Part shown: positions 1-8,464 of the stretch, one piece after another
Layout: each line of letters opens with the position of its first letter
Position numbering within the stretch: the first letter of the stretch is position 1
From: a virus
Lineage: Duplodnaviria > Caudoviricetes
Length of the DNA stretch: 45,356 nucleotides
Strand: one strand, 5' to 3'
Virus record (IMG/VR): IMGVR_UViG_3300040735_000029
Location: 1-45,356 of that record
Translations under genes and position numbers: made by a program
Notes under the pieces: model-generated
What the model was told of the DNA's origin: nothing
The model's input: the letters and a program-made list of their open reading frames with translations, nothing else
The model's database searches: none

Positions 1-30
1 GAATTGGGCTGACCTGACTAAGGCCAACTT
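1..30. repeat. 30-bp terminal overlap identical to 45327-45356 (circular assembly junction)
   Basis: gaattgggctgacctgactaaggccaactt occurs at both ends; removing one copy gives an in-frame gene across the junction. Confidence 0.9.
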
Positions 31-379
31 GACTAAGGCCAACTTGAATTGGGCTAAACTGACTGGGGCCAACCTGACTGAGGCCAACTTGACTGGAGTC
101 CAACTGAGTGGAATTCATCTGTATGAGACGAAACTGGATGGGGCTTTTTATAATGGAGAGCAAATTAAGAGGTACTTGATAATAGACAATGTTGGCTCCA
201 GATGTGACACTCTGATCACATTCATCACAGGAAGCAACATATTTTGCAAAACAGGGTGCTTTACTGGGACCCTTTGTCAGCTTATCAATGCTGTGGACCC
301 TTCTATTAAAGGTCAAACTGATTACTTGGCCATGGAAGGCTTCATCAGGGCAATAGCAAATATGGAGGCACAGGACTGA
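1..379 (+). CDS. C-terminal part of pentapeptide-repeat protein (starts at 45163, ~180 aa after circularisation)
   Basis: A(N/D)Lxx repeats (ANLNW AKLTG ANLTE) followed by a GSRxDT...TGCFxGT domain typical of phage pentapeptide proteins. Confidence 0.85.
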   Translation, partial: NWADLTKANLTKANLNWAKLTGANLTEANLTGVQLSGIHLYETKLDGAFYNGEQIKRYLIIDNVGSRCDTLITFITGSNIFCKTGCFTGTLCQLINAVDPSIKGQTDYLAMEGFIRAIANMEAQD

Positions 380-456
380 TGAAATATTACATCATAGCAG
401 GGATGGGATTCCTGGCCCTTGGGTTGCTAAACTGGCTTGTTTCCTGGCCAGGATAG
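379..456 (+). CDS. putative 25-aa membrane micro-peptide MKYYIIAGMGFLALGLLNWLVSWPG
   Basis: TGATG overlap with the upstream stop codon; hydrophobic sequence; translated by hand. Confidence 0.5.
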   Translation: MKYYIIAGMGFLALGLLNWLVSWPG

Positions 457-469
457 GGTGGTGATCAGA

Positions 470-529
470 ATGGCACTATTCACCATTGTTATTATTGTCT
501 GGATCATCTGGATTTGGAAATATGAATAA
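470..529 (+). CDS. putative 19-aa membrane micro-peptide MALFTIVIIVWIIWIWKYE
   Basis: GGGTGG upstream; hydrophobic; ends just before a terminator. Confidence 0.4.
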   Translation: MALFTIVIIVWIIWIWKYE

Positions 530-536
530 GAACAAC

Positions 537-566
537 GAGGGGTGCCAGACAGCACCCCTCTTTTTT
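537..566 (+). terminator. Rho-independent terminator of the early operon
   Basis: gaggggtgc-cagaca-gcacccctc followed by T6, where the + and - operons converge. Confidence 0.8.
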
Positions 567-667
567 CAACCTTTCCCCTCGTTTTACCCCTCGTTTTCCC
601 CTAAATGTGGCCACATGATAGCCCACAGGGCTGTTTTCATTCTCCTACCCTATACCCTACTATACCC

Positions 668-1066
668 CTATTCTAGGTGTAAATTCTGTATATAGGTTTT
701 AAGGGTCTGGAGTATGGCTTCTGCCTCTGTTGGATCAGAATAATACCCTCTGTCCATGTTCTTCTGTATCAACATTATTGCCATCTGAGCATACTTCAAT
801 ATCCCATACCGCAGGATGAATATGCCTTTGAGTGTCTCTGCTGCCTGAATGATATCCATCACTTCCAGCAAGAATTCAGTCTCACGCTCATAGCAGAATT
901 CTGCTATGGCTTCAAAGCACTCTTGCTCAATGTGGTCTACCTGGGCACTCAGCTTCAATTCAGCAACAAATGTAGTAACAGGGAAGTCATACTTCACAAT
1001 ATCATCAACTGCTATTGGTGTTGGGCCCATTTCCTTGTTCACTCTGCCTCCTTGGTTGTTATCCAA
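668..1066 (-). CDS. MazG-like nucleotide pyrophosphohydrolase-fold protein
   Basis: HIEQECFE...LEVMDIIQAAET acidic helical pattern and KNxxRGYY; directly downstream of the polymerase. Confidence 0.5.
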   Translation of the reverse strand: MDNNQGGRVNKEMGPTPIAVDDIVKYDFPVTTFVAELKLSAQVDHIEQECFEAIAEFCYERETEFLLEVMDIIQAAETLKGIFILRYGILKYAQMAIMLIQKNMDRGYYSDPTEAEAILQTLKTYIQNLHLE

Positions 1067-3854
1067 GCTTTCTGATTTGGGTGATGTTCACAAGCCTCCA
1101 GTCCTTCTGGGTGGTTCCTTTTATCAGGTAAAAATCACCAATCTTCCCTGTCTCAACAATTTGTTTCCCCAGTTTATTGTACTGGTAACGGCCAATCTTT
1201 GCAATTATCTTATCAGTATCATCCTCAACAGTCATATTGAGGAACAGATTGTTCTCTGTTATGACCTTACCTCCCCTCTTATTGAGTGATTCATACTCAT
1301 TCATATCACGCAAGTTTTTGACCATCAGCTTGCCTATGAATATCCAGGTGCCTTCCCCATCAATCTTATCAATGGTTGTTAAGGGCTGAGAAATGATACC
1401 ATACTTCTCAGGATTGATGAAGTAATCTTTGAATCTATCAGTCACCTCAAATATCCTGTCAAATGGTGTAACAGCATTATCCAGCAGTTTCCTCTGCCCA
1501 GGAAGCAGCTCCAGGCCCATTTTTCTCCTGGCCAGGATGGCTCTTGCTTTGGATTCTCCACATCCATGTATTCCTGTGAGGCCCCCCAGTAGCTCTCCAT
1601 CCTTAATGCTCCAGTGGATATCAGACTTGTTTACATCTACTGGAGTGAATTTATACCCCTCTTGAACCAGTTCCCTGAGCATCTTCACTGTGCTATCAGG
1701 GTCTTTTTCATTATTCAGGCAGGCAAGGGCATACTCCAGAGGATGGTGAGCCTTGAGATAAAGGCACCAGTAAGACAGCAGACCATAGGCAACAGCGTGG
1801 CTCTTGTTGAAGCCATAGGACCCAAAGGTCTGCATATTGTCCCAGATGGTCTTTGCTTCCCTCTCTGTGAGGCCATTTTCCTTGGCTCCTGCCCAGAATT
1901 TCACCCAATACTGGCCAAAGAATTCATCCCCATAGCTCTTGGACATGGCTTTTCTGAGGATTGAAATATCCTCCCAGCACATCTTGCCAACAGCAGCAGA
2001 TATTTGCATTATTTGTTCTTGGTAAACAATGATGCCATATGTCTCTTTCAGATAGGGGGCAACTGATGGATGGTCATATTCAATCTCTTTCTTTCCAGTC
2101 CTGCGCTCAACATACATCGATGCCCCACCACAATGCAAAGGGCCAGGACGGGCCAGAGATGTGATAGCAACAATATCATCAAACTTTTCAATCCTCATCT
2201 GCTTAGCAAGGGACTGTAGGGCATAGCCTTCAAGCTGGAAAATGCCGCTGAACCGTCTGTTATTGGCTAATTCAAAGGATGCCTTATCATCAAGAGGCAA
2301 GGTGTATAATTCCTTTGGGTCTTTGCCTATGTACTCCATACACAAGTTCAAGACACTCAGGGTGCGGAGTCCTAGGGCATCAATCTTGAGCATGTTCAGT
2401 TCTTCAGCATCCTTCTTGTCTATTTGAGAAACATGGTCCCTTCCAACAGTGCAGCACCTCCTGATATTGTGATTACATACCAGAATCCCTGCGGCATGGC
2501 AACCACTGTGTCTAGCATGATTCTCAATCTTCCCAACATTCATCATTGAAGGGTATTTCTTGACAAAGTCCTTGCCAACATCAAGAGATTCAAAGGTATC
2601 TGTTATACAAAAGGCTGCACGGGCATCACCTGATGACCTTTCAAGGATCGCATCCTTCACATCCTTTGTCTCATAGGCTGGGATGCCATACTTCTTTGCA
2701 ACATCTCCTATGGCTGATTTTGGCTTGTACCTGCTGACCGTTCCTATTTTTGAGACACATTCTTCCCCATACTTAGCCTGGAGATACTCATAAACCATGT
2801 CTCTCTTACTATCAGGGAAGTCCAGATCAATATCAGGCAGGTCAGAACGGGTGATGTCTATGAATCTTTCAAACAGCAGTCCATGAGGAATAGGGTCAAT
2901 CTCTGTTATATACAGAAGATAGCAGACCAAAGACCCTGCGGCAGACCCCCTTGCAGGGCCTACCAACATATGTTTCTTTGCATAGTCACACAAGTCAGCA
3001 ACAAGGTAGAAATAGTCATCAAACTTTTTGAGGGTGATAAGGTCAATTTCCCTCCTGAGCCTTGCCTCATATTCCTCAGTCCACTCCAGCTTTCTGGAAG
3101 AAATGTTATCCCTGCACATCTCTTCAATAGATTTATCCCAGTCAGAGTGAACCATTTCTGCCTGCGGGAGTGGGTATTCATCACACATATCCACAATGAG
3201 GGCTGTGTTTTCAATAGCCTCCATATGGTATCCCAGGGCTATTGCTTCTGTTTCTGATAGTATATGCTGGGGAGTTGTTTTCTGCTCAGGCCGATCATCA
3301 AGCATTTCATAGGCAATAGCATCATCAGCCTTCACATAGTATACATCGCTGGTTACCACAGCCTTGTTCCTATCTGCTGACTTTGAAAGGATGTTATTGT
3401 AGAAATTGAACCCTGGATTGAACTCAAAGAAATGGATTGGAGGCCTCATGTTCTGGGGTGGATTCTCCCCCAGTAACACAATCACATTCTCTGATAAGGA
3501 GTTTACTTGATGGATGGTTATCCTGGGGAAGTAATAGAACTGTTCATATGATTCACTATTCAGTTCATATAGCTCCTGTAAACCAGCAGGATTGCGAGCA
3601 AATACTGTAATCCCCCATGTTTTCTGTCCTCTCTCCTTATCCAGATTCTCGACTACCACCATCTGAACACCAAGTATTGGCTTGATTCCTGCCTTTTTAC
3701 AGGCCTTGTGGAACTGGGCGTGCCCCCAGGTGCTATTGTTGTCTGCTATTCCAAGGGCTTTGGCCCCTCCTGCTGATTTTATTATCTCAGGAATGGGGCC
3801 AAAGCATTTCTTGAAGCTGTATTCAGTTCTGATTTTCAGGTTTATGAAAGACAT
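1059..3854 (-). CDS. dnaE: DNA polymerase III alpha subunit (family C)
   Basis: PHP-like N-terminus (TEYS, GIKPILG), GPARGSAAGSLV, PDIDLDF, HAAG, KIDALGL, YQEQIM, FNKSHAVAY. Confidence 0.97.
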   Translation of the reverse strand: MSFINLKIRTEYSFKKCFGPIPEIIKSAGGAKALGIADNNSTWGHAQFHKACKKAGIKPILGVQMVVVENLDKERGQKTWGITVFARNPAGLQELYELNSESYEQFYYFPRITIHQVNSLSENVIVLLGENPPQNMRPPIHFFEFNPGFNFYNNILSKSADRNKAVVTSDVYYVKADDAIAYEMLDDRPEQKTTPQHILSETEAIALGYHMEAIENTALIVDMCDEYPLPQAEMVHSDWDKSIEEMCRDNISSRKLEWTEEYEARLRREIDLITLKKFDDYFYLVADLCDYAKKHMLVGPARGSAAGSLVCYLLYITEIDPIPHGLLFERFIDITRSDLPDIDLDFPDSKRDMVYEYLQAKYGEECVSKIGTVSRYKPKSAIGDVAKKYGIPAYETKDVKDAILERSSGDARAAFCITDTFESLDVGKDFVKKYPSMMNVGKIENHARHSGCHAAGILVCNHNIRRCCTVGRDHVSQIDKKDAEELNMLKIDALGLRTLSVLNLCMEYIGKDPKELYTLPLDDKASFELANNRRFSGIFQLEGYALQSLAKQMRIEKFDDIVAITSLARPGPLHCGGASMYVERRTGKKEIEYDHPSVAPYLKETYGIIVYQEQIMQISAAVGKMCWEDISILRKAMSKSYGDEFFGQYWVKFWAGAKENGLTEREAKTIWDNMQTFGSYGFNKSHAVAYGLLSYWCLYLKAHHPLEYALACLNNEKDPDSTVKMLRELVQEGYKFTPVDVNKSDIHWSIKDGELLGGLTGIHGCGESKARAILARRKMGLELLPGQRKLLDNAVTPFDRIFEVTDRFKDYFINPEKYGIISQPLTTIDKIDGEGTWIFIGKLMVKNLRDMNEYESLNKRGGKVITENNLFLNMTVEDDTDKIIAKIGRYQYNKLGKQIVETGKIGDFYLIKGTTQKDWRLVNITQIRKLG

Positions 3855-4387
3855 ATGATTCCTTTCCTGAACAATATCTCCGCCAGTTCCCTGAGCATCT
3901 CCACATCCCCCATAGCTCTGTGGCTATTAACTTGTGGTTTTCCAGTGAAGTGTGTAAATGCTTTCCCAAGGTTCATACGCTTGTTGCTGATGTGCTTTGT
4001 ATGTTCAACTGTACAGATGTATTTTACCCCCCAGTTAATACAGTCAAGTGCACCTGCCCTATCCATATCATTCCTGAGCATATTGATATCAAACATCACA
4101 TTGTGAGCTATGATATGTGTACAGTCAGCAAAAAACTCCTTCAATTCATCAACATACCAGTTGAAAGGTTTTGCAGAGCAGACATCAGAGTCCTTGATCC
4201 CTGTGATTTTTGTTATCTCTGGAGGCAGCTTGAATCCAGGATTACAGAAGAATTCAATCCTGTCTGCCTCCTTGAAATCATGATCTGTTTTGATGGCTGC
4301 AAATTCAATGATCCTGGGTTGGTTGCATAGTGGTGCTCCTTTTGGGAGCAACAGGCCTGTGGTTTCCGTATCAAATAGGATTATCAT
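3842..4387 (-). CDS. DEDDh 3'-5' exonuclease (DnaQ/epsilon-like)
   Basis: FDTETTG, AHNVMFD and HRAMGDV motifs. Confidence 0.93.
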   Translation of the reverse strand: MIILFDTETTGLLLPKGAPLCNQPRIIEFAAIKTDHDFKEADRIEFFCNPGFKLPPEITKITGIKDSDVCSAKPFNWYVDELKEFFADCTHIIAHNVMFDINMLRNDMDRAGALDCINWGVKYICTVEHTKHISNKRMNLGKAFTHFTGKPQVNSHRAMGDVEMLRELAEILFRKGIICLS

Positions 4388-4658
4388 CAGTAACTCTCAG
4401 CCAGATTATAGCATTCACAGACATAGCAGCCATATCCTTGAACAAATCTTCAAGGGTTTCACCCTTAACATGATAGTGGCCATTCTTTGTGATATTATTA
4501 AGCCTTTGCATTTTGCGACCAAGGTCCATACAGACAGCTAGAAGGCCAAACTCATTATATGTTTCTATAAAAGAGTCCCCATAGTCTTTGTTTTTGGCTG
4601 CACGGAGTTGACTTATTTCATCCATGATTTTATCAAACTCTTCCTGGGTGTTTGACAT
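4371..4658 (-). CDS. DUF1599 / nucleotide-modification-associated domain 1 protein
   Basis: KNKDYGDSF...RL...ETLEDLFKDMA pattern. Confidence 0.75.
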   Translation of the reverse strand: MSNTQEEFDKIMDEISQLRAAKNKDYGDSFIETYNEFGLLAVCMDLGRKMQRLNNITKNGHYHVKGETLEDLFKDMAAMSVNAIIWLRVTDDNPI

Positions 4659-4729
4659 GTAACAGCTCCTTTATTTTGATTTGTGGATAGCAGAATTGAA
4701 CTTCAGTCAAAGTTGTGCATTTCAGCTAT

Positions 4730-5407
4730 TCACACTGCCTTATGGAGAGTTTTGCACATACCAGATCCATTGGCAAACCTTTTGCACATACAGTCAAGAG
4801 GCACTGTAAGAATAGGATTCACATCTCTCAAAGCATTTCTCATGCCTTCAGCAACATATCTCCATTCCTCCTGGGCAGCAACACAAAGCCTCTGCTTGAG
4901 CAGGCCTATCAAGGCGCGATATGTACAAGCAAATGTGATGGGGGATTGAACATTCAAAGGCAGCAGTCCACGGGCATCTTCCTGTGTTTCACCTCTGCTC
5001 AGGGCATCTCTGTATGACTGCTGAATCATGAGCATTTCTTTGTGGTACATCAGTTTGTCTTTGACAGATGCCGGCAAGTGGTATGCCCTGTTATCTGCAA
5101 ACTTGGCACATTCAACAACACGCAGGGACTGGATGCTATAGGAGAAGCCAACCCGATGTCTGGTCAGCTGCTGCTGGAAAGCCCTGGAGCAGTTCTCAAG
5201 CACCCATACAAGATTGACATACTCAAAAGGGGTCTGGTGGGGTTGTTTAAGTAGCCACATAAACTTTTCTATGAGCTGCTCTTCAGTCCAGTGGTCAGGG
5301 CTGGTAGGAATTTTCTCAGCATGCCACGCATCAATGCCAAGTGCAATGCACTCAAGAGGGTTACTTGTGATACTGAACAATGTGACTTTTGGGATCATAC
5401 TCTGCAT
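4730..5407 (-). CDS. thyX: flavin-dependent thymidylate synthase-like protein
   Basis: HQTPFE, RHRVGFSYSIQSLR, EDARGLLP and QRLCxxAQEEWR motifs. Confidence 0.88.
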   Translation of the reverse strand: MQSMIPKVTLFSITSNPLECIALGIDAWHAEKIPTSPDHWTEEQLIEKFMWLLKQPHQTPFEYVNLVWVLENCSRAFQQQLTRHRVGFSYSIQSLRVVECAKFADNRAYHLPASVKDKLMYHKEMLMIQQSYRDALSRGETQEDARGLLPLNVQSPITFACTYRALIGLLKQRLCVAAQEEWRYVAEGMRNALRDVNPILTVPLDCMCKRFANGSGMCKTLHKAV

Positions 5408-5426
5408 AATTTGGCTCCTTTTCTAG

Positions 5427-6380
5427 TTATTTTACATTACAGAGCACAGCACCTTTTTGGCCCAGTTCACTCTGCTTGATCAACTCGCACAAGAACTTGG
5501 TATCATCCCAGACATCATTGGCCACCTTAAATGACCAAGACCCATATCTGCCCAGGAACAGCATATTGTACTTGGCAGTCAGATGATAGAAAAGGTGCTT
5601 TCTTTGCTCTCTGTCTATTGGATCAAACCTTCCTGTCATTGTCATTTTGTTATCATCAGTAAGGCTTAACCCAAATATCTTGTGGAATACAATATAGTCC
5701 AGGGGATCATATGTTGAGCATTTTGATTCCACATATATCTTGTCATCTATCAAGGTCATTCTTGACACTTCACATTTCGGGCAGCAGTTGTATATCATCT
5801 GATACATACCAGTGCTGTAACCAATATTTACAACATTCATCTCATTCTTATATGTTGTAAACTTTATATCACAGTCAATACTGGACATCTTAAAAAATTT
5901 GGGCAGGGATATTGTGTTAATCAGATACCTGTATTTCACTAATTCAGAATTAAGATATATGCTGTGATCAGTTGGGTGGATGATATCTGCATGTGCTGTT
6001 ATAATATCTGCAGGGGATTTAAGGGCTTCACAGAGCACATCCTTGGATACTGGGTAAATGCTTTCTTGCTGCTGTTGGTGGAAGTTCAAGATATTGCTGG
6101 GCTTAAGCTTTCCATAAATTTTCTGTGCATACACATTGACATCCTTTGGGGTTATCTCCCCAGTAAGGATGTTGTCTGCATATATCCCCAGAAGAAATTT
6201 GGTAGCCTTCCACTCCAGATTCAACTCTGGGATGGGCCTGTGTAGGTGAAAAGGGTGCTCCCTATCCACAGAATCAGTTATGATGACCACTGATATATCA
6301 GGAAGCAGAAGTGATAACTGCTTTGCCATCATAAGACCAGATACGCCACCACCAAGGATGGCAATATCATAGATTTTCAT
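5427..6380 (-). CDS. FAD-dependent oxidoreductase (UDP-galactopyranose mutase/HemY-like fold)
   Basis: DIAILGGGVSGL Rossmann motif, INTISLP, C-terminal LGRYGSW; start reassigned to the ATG at 6380 with a GGAGG RBS. Confidence 0.8.
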   Translation of the reverse strand: MKIYDIAILGGGVSGLMMAKQLSLLLPDISVVIITDSVDREHPFHLHRPIPELNLEWKATKFLLGIYADNILTGEITPKDVNVYAQKIYGKLKPSNILNFHQQQQESIYPVSKDVLCEALKSPADIITAHADIIHPTDHSIYLNSELVKYRYLINTISLPKFFKMSSIDCDIKFTTYKNEMNVVNIGYSTGMYQMIYNCCPKCEVSRMTLIDDKIYVESKCSTYDPLDYIVFHKIFGLSLTDDNKMTMTGRFDPIDREQRKHLFYHLTAKYNMLFLGRYGSWSFKVANDVWDDTKFLCELIKQSELGQKGAVLCNVK

Positions 6381-6457
6381 ATGTCCTCCAATCAGTTCTA
6401 TTGAGCAGTTTATAGTCATGCTCAGGACCGATCATCAAAGATTACAGTGAGCAGATA

Positions 6458-6958
6458 TTACATCTGCTCAGGGGCTTCGGCCAGGGCTTGCTCCTGGGCC
6501 GGGGCTTCAGCCAGGACTGGTGCAGCAATGCTGGTTACAACTGCTTTTCCGTCAGCCACAAGGCTACGAATGTTACCAAGGGCAACAGTCTTGGTGATGC
6601 CGAGCTTCTCAGCAACTGCCTGGGCGCCAACCTCGCCAAGTTCCTTAAGAGCACCATAGACGGCAGTGCGAATGGAGTTGGGACGGTTGATCTTGTTCTC
6701 CAGAGCTTTGAAGATGGAATCAGGGTGGACATAGGCATGCTTGCCTTCCCCCTTCTTGGCATGTTTGCGTTCTTTCTTCTCAGCACCTTCAGTAGCTTCA
6801 GCACCAGCAGTGCCTTCAGCCAGAGTGGCTTCAGCACCAGCAGTGCCTTCAGCCAGAGTGGCTTCAGTAGCTTCAGTGGCTTCAGCCAGAGTGGCTTCAG
6901 TAGCTTCAGTGGCTTCATCCATTGTTTCAACCTCCAAAGTTTTCTGTTTTCTTACCAT
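6458..6958 (-). CDS. winged-HTH DNA-binding protein with acidic Ala/Glu/Thr repeats
   Basis: EATEATEATLA/EGTAGAEATLA repeats then RTAVYGALKELGEVGAQAVAEKLGITKTVALGNIRSLVADGK; AAAGGAG RBS before the ATG at 6958. Confidence 0.7.
   Translation of the reverse strand: MVRKQKTLEVETMDEATEATEATLAEATEATEATLAEGTAGAEATLAEGTAGAEATEGAEKKERKHAKKGEGKHAYVHPDSIFKALENKINRPNSIRTAVYGALKELGEVGAQAVAEKLGITKTVALGNIRSLVADGKAVVTSIAAPVLAEAPAQEQALAEAPEQM
6786..6917. repeat. coding tandem repeats (30-bp units)
   Basis: ttcagccagagtggcttcag recurs four times. Confidence 0.85.
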
Positions 6959-6995
6959 ATGCTCTCCTTTCACAGCAGTATGAAATAGTATAATC

Positions 6996-7024
6996 AATAT
7001 ATACCATTATACTCCACAAGTAAA
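6996..7024 (-). promoter_or_regulatory. sigma70-like promoter
   Basis: TTTACT-17-TATATT upstream of the 6958 gene. Confidence 0.55.
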
Positions 7025-7039
7025 TATTTATTATGCAGT

Positions 7040-8464
7040 TTATATGTTGTAACTGAATTTAGTCTTTGGCAGAATTATATGTAAAGATTTTGCGGCACGA
7101 GTTGCACCAACATACCAGACACGGTGCTCATGGTCAGGGAATCTCTCTTTTGTATAGTGGGTTTTTAGTGAAATATCAGTCACTAATGCAACATTATCAG
7201 CCTCTCCACCTTTAACTCCATGGATTGTGCTGATGTGAACTCTTGGCTCTTTTGTTATCTTTTCACCCCTTCTCAACAGGGATATGTAATAGTCCCTATC
7301 ATACTCAGGTATTCCAGTTAATACCTCGTGCCATATCTTATTGCTGGACCAGATATCATGGCAATTACGTGGCATGAATTGATCAGCAAATAGCATTTCC
7401 TCTGTGGTAATAGGGGTGCCCTTCCTATGAGCCTCCCATATCATTATTGCTTTCAGATGCTGCTTGTTTACAGATGAGCCTCCCCTGAATGAAAAATAAA
7501 CTCCTTGATCCCTGCAGACACGAGCCAGAGCAGAAAGCATATATCCATTCCTTGCCAGTAGAAGCCAGGAGCCAGATGAAAAGTCAACATCATCAGCCCT
7601 GTGATAAAAGTCAACAGACCCTTGTTCAGCCTTTGGATGATATACCTTGGGCATCCTCATGTTGATTCTTTCTGCTATCTCCATAGCAAGAGTATGGATC
7701 TTGCGCGGAATCCTATGAGATTGGGATAACACCCTTCTCTCACCCTCCATATTGAGAAAGTGCTTTACATCTGCTCCTGCCCAGGTATAGATTGCTTGAT
7801 CATCATCCCCTGCAATATACATCCTCTCAGCAGTCCTGAACAGGGATGCAGCCAGCTTCCATTGGGCAGTTGAAAGGTCTTGGGCCTCATCTATGATTGC
7901 CACTTTTACTGGGATGGCAGTATCATGAACAAATAGCATATCACAAAAGTCTATCAGGCCATTATCATTCTTGTATTCAGTAACTGTATTAACATACCTC
8001 TTGAATTCAAACCAATCAAGGGTGTCTTCATCCCTGAGCATATCCCAGACTGTTTCAAATGTCAGGCCCCTTGCCCTGGCAAAGTTGTACATATAATTGT
8101 AATAGTCACCTTTGTGCCTTGTGGATAGAGCACCCTCCATTATATCAGACATGGTATCCCTGGAGAATTCAATGCCCAGCATCTTACCAATTTCATCATA
8201 ATGATTTGAGGCCATCACTTGGTCTCTGTGACAACCTCTTACCTGATAGGCAATACTATGGAATGTTCTGATCCAGGGGAAGTCTTTGGGGGCAAGTCTG
8301 AATGTATCAATTACCCTTTGCATTGCCTCTTGTGTTGCCTTCTTGGTAAATGAGACAAAAGCTATTTCCTCAGGTTCAACACCATTCTCCATCTCCTTTT
8401 CCATGATGTCAATCAAGGTTGTGGTTTTGCCAGTCCCTGGTGGCCCAGCTATTATCTGTATCAT
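7040..8464 (-). CDS. UvrD/Rep-like SF1 helicase
   Basis: GPPGTGKT, VSFT, DEAQD, GDDDQAIY, QSHR, TIHGVKGGEAD, YVGATRA. Confidence 0.95.
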   Translation of the reverse strand: MIQIIAGPPGTGKTTTLIDIMEKEMENGVEPEEIAFVSFTKKATQEAMQRVIDTFRLAPKDFPWIRTFHSIAYQVRGCHRDQVMASNHYDEIGKMLGIEFSRDTMSDIMEGALSTRHKGDYYNYMYNFARARGLTFETVWDMLRDEDTLDWFEFKRYVNTVTEYKNDNGLIDFCDMLFVHDTAIPVKVAIIDEAQDLSTAQWKLAASLFRTAERMYIAGDDDQAIYTWAGADVKHFLNMEGERRVLSQSHRIPRKIHTLAMEIAERINMRMPKVYHPKAEQGSVDFYHRADDVDFSSGSWLLLARNGYMLSALARVCRDQGVYFSFRGGSSVNKQHLKAIMIWEAHRKGTPITTEEMLFADQFMPRNCHDIWSSNKIWHEVLTGIPEYDRDYYISLLRRGEKITKEPRVHISTIHGVKGGEADNVALVTDISLKTHYTKERFPDHEHRVWYVGATRAAKSLHIILPKTKFSYNI

